A stretch of DNA of 64,000 bases from Macrostomum lignano (lineage: Eukaryota), in contig NIVC01002341.1 in assembly GCA_002269645.1 (NCBI GenBank), positions 1 through 64,000 of the forward strand. Direction: 5' to 3'. A program made the translations under genes and the position numbers. The first letter of the stretch is position 1; each line of letters begins with the position of its first letter. A model generated the notes under the pieces. It did not search any database, was not told the origin of the DNA, and saw nothing but the letters and a program-made list of their open reading frames with translations. Below, piece by piece: positions 62,481 to 64,000 of the stretch.

Positions 62481-63412
62481 ATAATTAATAAGCAGTACTA
62501 AGCTTTACTTTCGAAAGATACAAGTTGTAAAAACATTAACTAGATACTTACGAGTATATGCATACGAGTTTTTTATTTATTGAAGTCTGCCACAGTATAA
62601 TTGTAGCGGGCAGGCTGCCCTGCGTTTCACCCTGTTTCAACACGAATCTGTGGGCTAACTATAACAATGAGGTACATTATTGCACGCTGATTGCCAGTTG
62701 TCTATGGCAAAAATCCTCATTATCTTGTCTCACTAGAAGTCCGAAACCCGATTTCAAGAGAGCTGGTTCGTTCAGCTTGTTTCTGCTAATTTTTACGAAT
62801 TTCAATCAATCTGAATACGAGAGAAAAGTCAGTGGCATCTTTATCCAGCATTTCAAAACCATCAAATTTTAATTACGATCGTTATCGCTACGATTTTTGC
62901 AATATTTTAATTTATAATGTCACCAGCCACTCAAAATAAAGATTTCAAACTTCAAGCAATTTTAGAAGTTCAAGTCTTGAAAGCAGAATTTATTGCCATC
63001 CGCGAAAAGCAAATTAAGTATTTGCTTACTATATTATTACTTAAATAATAGTATTCCTGTACACGCAGATACAGTAAATTCCAAATTACAATCATAGGAA
63101 AATAATTTTACTTTTCGAATTCAAAGCGTCGGGTGAAATTTTATTGCGAAGCATCATTAGTACTTAATCGCATTTTTTAAAATCGACATTGGTTTATACT
63201 CGATCAATTACAACAGGTTGATTGGCTATACAAATGTAAGAGGGATGTGTTTTACGATATGCAATGTTCTCTCTCGGACTATAGTAACTCCTTGAAGTTT
63301 TAACTTCATACAAATCCGAATGAATTAAACAAAATTAACTGGCTAAAATGGCGCCAGGCGAATTCGTTACTCAGAAAAAGTTGTGAAAAGTCAAAGCTTG
63401 TCAGTTTGCTGC

Positions 63413-64000
63413 TCACGGGCGATCATAGCACTCGCACATGCAGGTGGAGATCTCTTCAATCCAGCAATTATCCTCTGAAAACGAAACGGATGCAATTCTG
63501 CTAAAAATCTGCTGGCTTTGATCGTGAAATCTAACTCCACAGGATCAGAAGCTGAGTAACTTACGATACGGCATGCCGTGCAGGCCCTCCAGGGTGCTGG
63601 GCAGCGAATCAAATGACGTCATACCGGAGGCGGCGAGCCCGATGAAGTTGAGAACCTGTGAGTTTGGAAAGTGGTTGCGGTGAAAGCACTGTCCATTGGC
63701 ATCAGAACTTGTCTGAAGTGTATCTTAAACCCAACTACACAAAGATTCGCATTGCTTACCTCTCCAACGGAGGTCTTCGCAGTCAGCTTCATCACGGAGC
63801 CACCAGATGCCGCAGCAAGGTAGTCGTACTCTCCCTTGTACACTCTGGGACCGCAAAACTGGCCGGTGCCGATCACGTAGAGTTTGATTTTCTTAGAAAC
63901 CAGCAGAGCAGCGACATCGGCACTCATGTTTGCGTCTTTTGCGGCAGCGTCGGTGAACAGGATGAGCACGGAATTTTCGAGTGCCTCCTTGGCTGCGTCC
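63413..64000 (-). CDS. Second copy of the triple-vWA gene (last exons: 63760-64000+, 63565-63655, 63413-63474); 5' part beyond window
   Basis: Near-identical to 53980-54567 at a constant offset of 9433 bp, splice sites conserved. One visible Asp-to-Glu change in the last exon. Confidence 0.92.

Overview
Eukaryotic (metazoan, spliceosomal GT-AG introns of 60-1200 bp) repeat-rich genomic DNA. Gene content, short introns and the density of mini/microsatellites are consistent with a free-living flatworm such as Macrostomum, but that is inference. Genes I can support: a frameshifted FANK1-like gene (-), a small 4-TM claudin/PMP22-topology gene (+), an intronless non-RD Ser/Thr kinase (+), a two-exon disordered polyQ protein (-), two paralogous class A peptide-type GPCRs (+), two neprilysin (M13)-fold genes (-), a DEG/ENaC subunit (+), and a 9-exon secreted triple-vWA gene (-) with a near-identical second copy running off the window end. 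One M13 gene is a decayed pseudogene; the other is an apparently secreted protein lacking the zinc-binding residues. Mobile DNA: four copies of a tRNA-headed CORE-SINE, mariner derivatives, a Harbinger-like remnant, a Penelope RT fragment, and a TIR/8-bp-TSD MITE filled with telomere-like repeats. There are at least seven minisatellite arrays (15, 20, 23, 27 and 30 bp units). The most notable observations are the catalytically dead secreted neprilysin, the ~59-copy array of a tRNA D-arm/A-box, the triple-vWA secreted protein pair, the telomere-repeat MITE and the Cys-depleted DEG/ENaC. All alignments were done by eye; no database searches were run.
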